Origin: a virus
Reading direction: 5' to 3' (one strand)
Virus record (IMG/VR): IMGVR_UViG_3300030104_006433
Location: 96,545-160,544 of that record
DNA: 64,000 nucleotides
Shown here: positions 63,070 through 64,000 of the stretch, one piece after another
How positions within the stretch are numbered: the first letter of the stretch is position 1
How the letters are laid out: each line of letters opens with the position of its first letter
Position numbers and translations under genes: made by a program
Notes under the pieces: model-generated
Databases searched by the model: none
The model's input: the letters and a program-made list of their open reading frames with translations, nothing else
Told to the model about the DNA's origin: nothing

Positions 63070-63605
63070 AAAGATTATTTTTAATATTTTTAGCCTTTAT
63101 AGGTTGTTCAAAAATAGATGAAAATGGTTTTAAGACTTTTAAAATAAAAAAAGGCAGACACAGATCAGGATACAGATATAAATCAGACTATAGAAATTAT
63201 ATTGAGTTTGATGTAATATTCGATGAATCAGCTATATATAGTACAAAATCAACAAGTAACCAAGCAGATGTAAATAAATTATATGGTGTAAGTGATTGTG
63301 GTAGAGGCCACATGGAATATTCAATTCGTTTTGGATGGAGATATTATAATGATAGCCTACAAATATTATGGTTTAAGCATACTGCAGGTGAATTTGATTT
63401 TGGTGTAATTAAAGAAATAAATATCAATCAAGTTTACACTTTAGGCTTGGATATAACAGAAGATGAATATATATTATGTGTAGATGATGTTTGTACAGTG
63501 ACTGATAGAACTTGTATGCAAGATTATAAAAGGTATTACTTATACCCTTATTTTGGAGGAGATGAGACAGCCCCCCATGATATTGTGATTAGAATAAAAG
63601 AGTAA
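63066..63605 (+). CDS. Putative lipoprotein with beta-sandwich domain
   Basis: Signal peptide with lipobox-like FIGC; NKLYG, SIRFGWR, LYPYFGG. Confidence 0.6.
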   Translation: MKRLFLIFLAFIGCSKIDENGFKTFKIKKGRHRSGYRYKSDYRNYIEFDVIFDESAIYSTKSTSNQADVNKLYGVSDCGRGHMEYSIRFGWRYYNDSLQILWFKHTAGEFDFGVIKEININQVYTLGLDITEDEYILCVDDVCTVTDRTCMQDYKRYYLYPYFGGDETAPHDIVIRIKE

Positions 63606-63631
63606 CATATTTATATTATATAATAAAATCT

Positions 63632-64000
63632 ATGAAAAATTTTAAAAAGTTAATAAAAGAATCTTATTTAGGAAATCCCTTAAATGAAAATTCAATTGAT
63701 GAAAATTTAATGGCAAAATTCCAGGATGCATTAGATGATGACCAATTTGATTTCTTTCAAAGAGCTTTAGATAAAGCAGAAAGAGGTGAAGAATTAAACC
63801 AATCTGAAGAACAAGTTGTTAAGTATTTTGGTATGGTTAAAGCAAAGTATGATGATGCTATTGCCCAAGGTATGTCCCCTGATGAAATAACACTTAACCC
63901 AAATAAGCCAATTGATGAAGGAATAGAAGGTACTCCTCAATATTATGTTAAATACACAACTCAAGATGGTGAAACAGCTAAGTCTGGATTTATGTCTAAA
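63632..64000 (+). CDS. 3'-truncated late protein, possible internal head protein
   Basis: MKNFKKLIKESYLGNPLNENSIDE...; open to the window end; follows TATTTATA at 63608. Confidence 0.55.
   Translation, partial: MKNFKKLIKESYLGNPLNENSIDENLMAKFQDALDDDQFDFFQRALDKAERGEELNQSEEQVVKYFGMVKAKYDDAIAQGMSPDEITLNPNKPIDEGIEGTPQYYVKYTTQDGETAKSGFMSK

Noticed and set aside
1-64000. Stop-codon reassignment
   Set aside because: Core genes translate full-length in the standard code, TAG and TGA end genes normally, and no suppressor tRNA was seen.

Overview
This is a 64 kb, very AT-rich, almost entirely plus-strand segment of a large T4-like myophage. The host is most likely Bacteroidota (Flavobacteriia-like): promoters follow TTTG-N20-TAnnTT, Shine-Dalgarno sites are generally absent from starts, and tRNA-Ala looks host-like. 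Gene order: (1) coiled-coil/TSP3-repeat proteins; (2) contractile tail module (sheath, tube, gp26/gp51-like chaperone pair with a likely frameshift, tape measure, baseplate, hub with C-terminal amidase); (3) replication block (divergent PolA-like protein, SSB, RecA/UvsX, 5'-3' exonuclease, DnaB, NrdB/NrdA); (4) holin and amidase; (5) 7-deazaguanine cluster (DpdA/TGT-like, QueC, QueD, QueE, FolE2) with a PRTase, three tRNAs and a MazG-like hydrolase; (6) split family-B polymerase and sliding clamp; (7) Hsp20-GroES-GroEL; (8) clamp loader and GH16; (9) glycosyltransferase/methyltransferase island; (10) small early-type genes, PrsW and a DOT1-like methyltransferase. The most unusual signals are: codon-shifted patches inside core genes that keep the +1 frame open and could encode nested small membrane proteins (in the polA-like gene, queE, the MazG-like gene and the clamp loader); two genes each bracketed by its own long-range inverted repeat; a deazaguanine cluster with parts that suggest pre-replicative incorporation; and a likely +1/-2 frameshift in the tail chaperone. 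All calls come from reading motifs by eye; no database searches were run.
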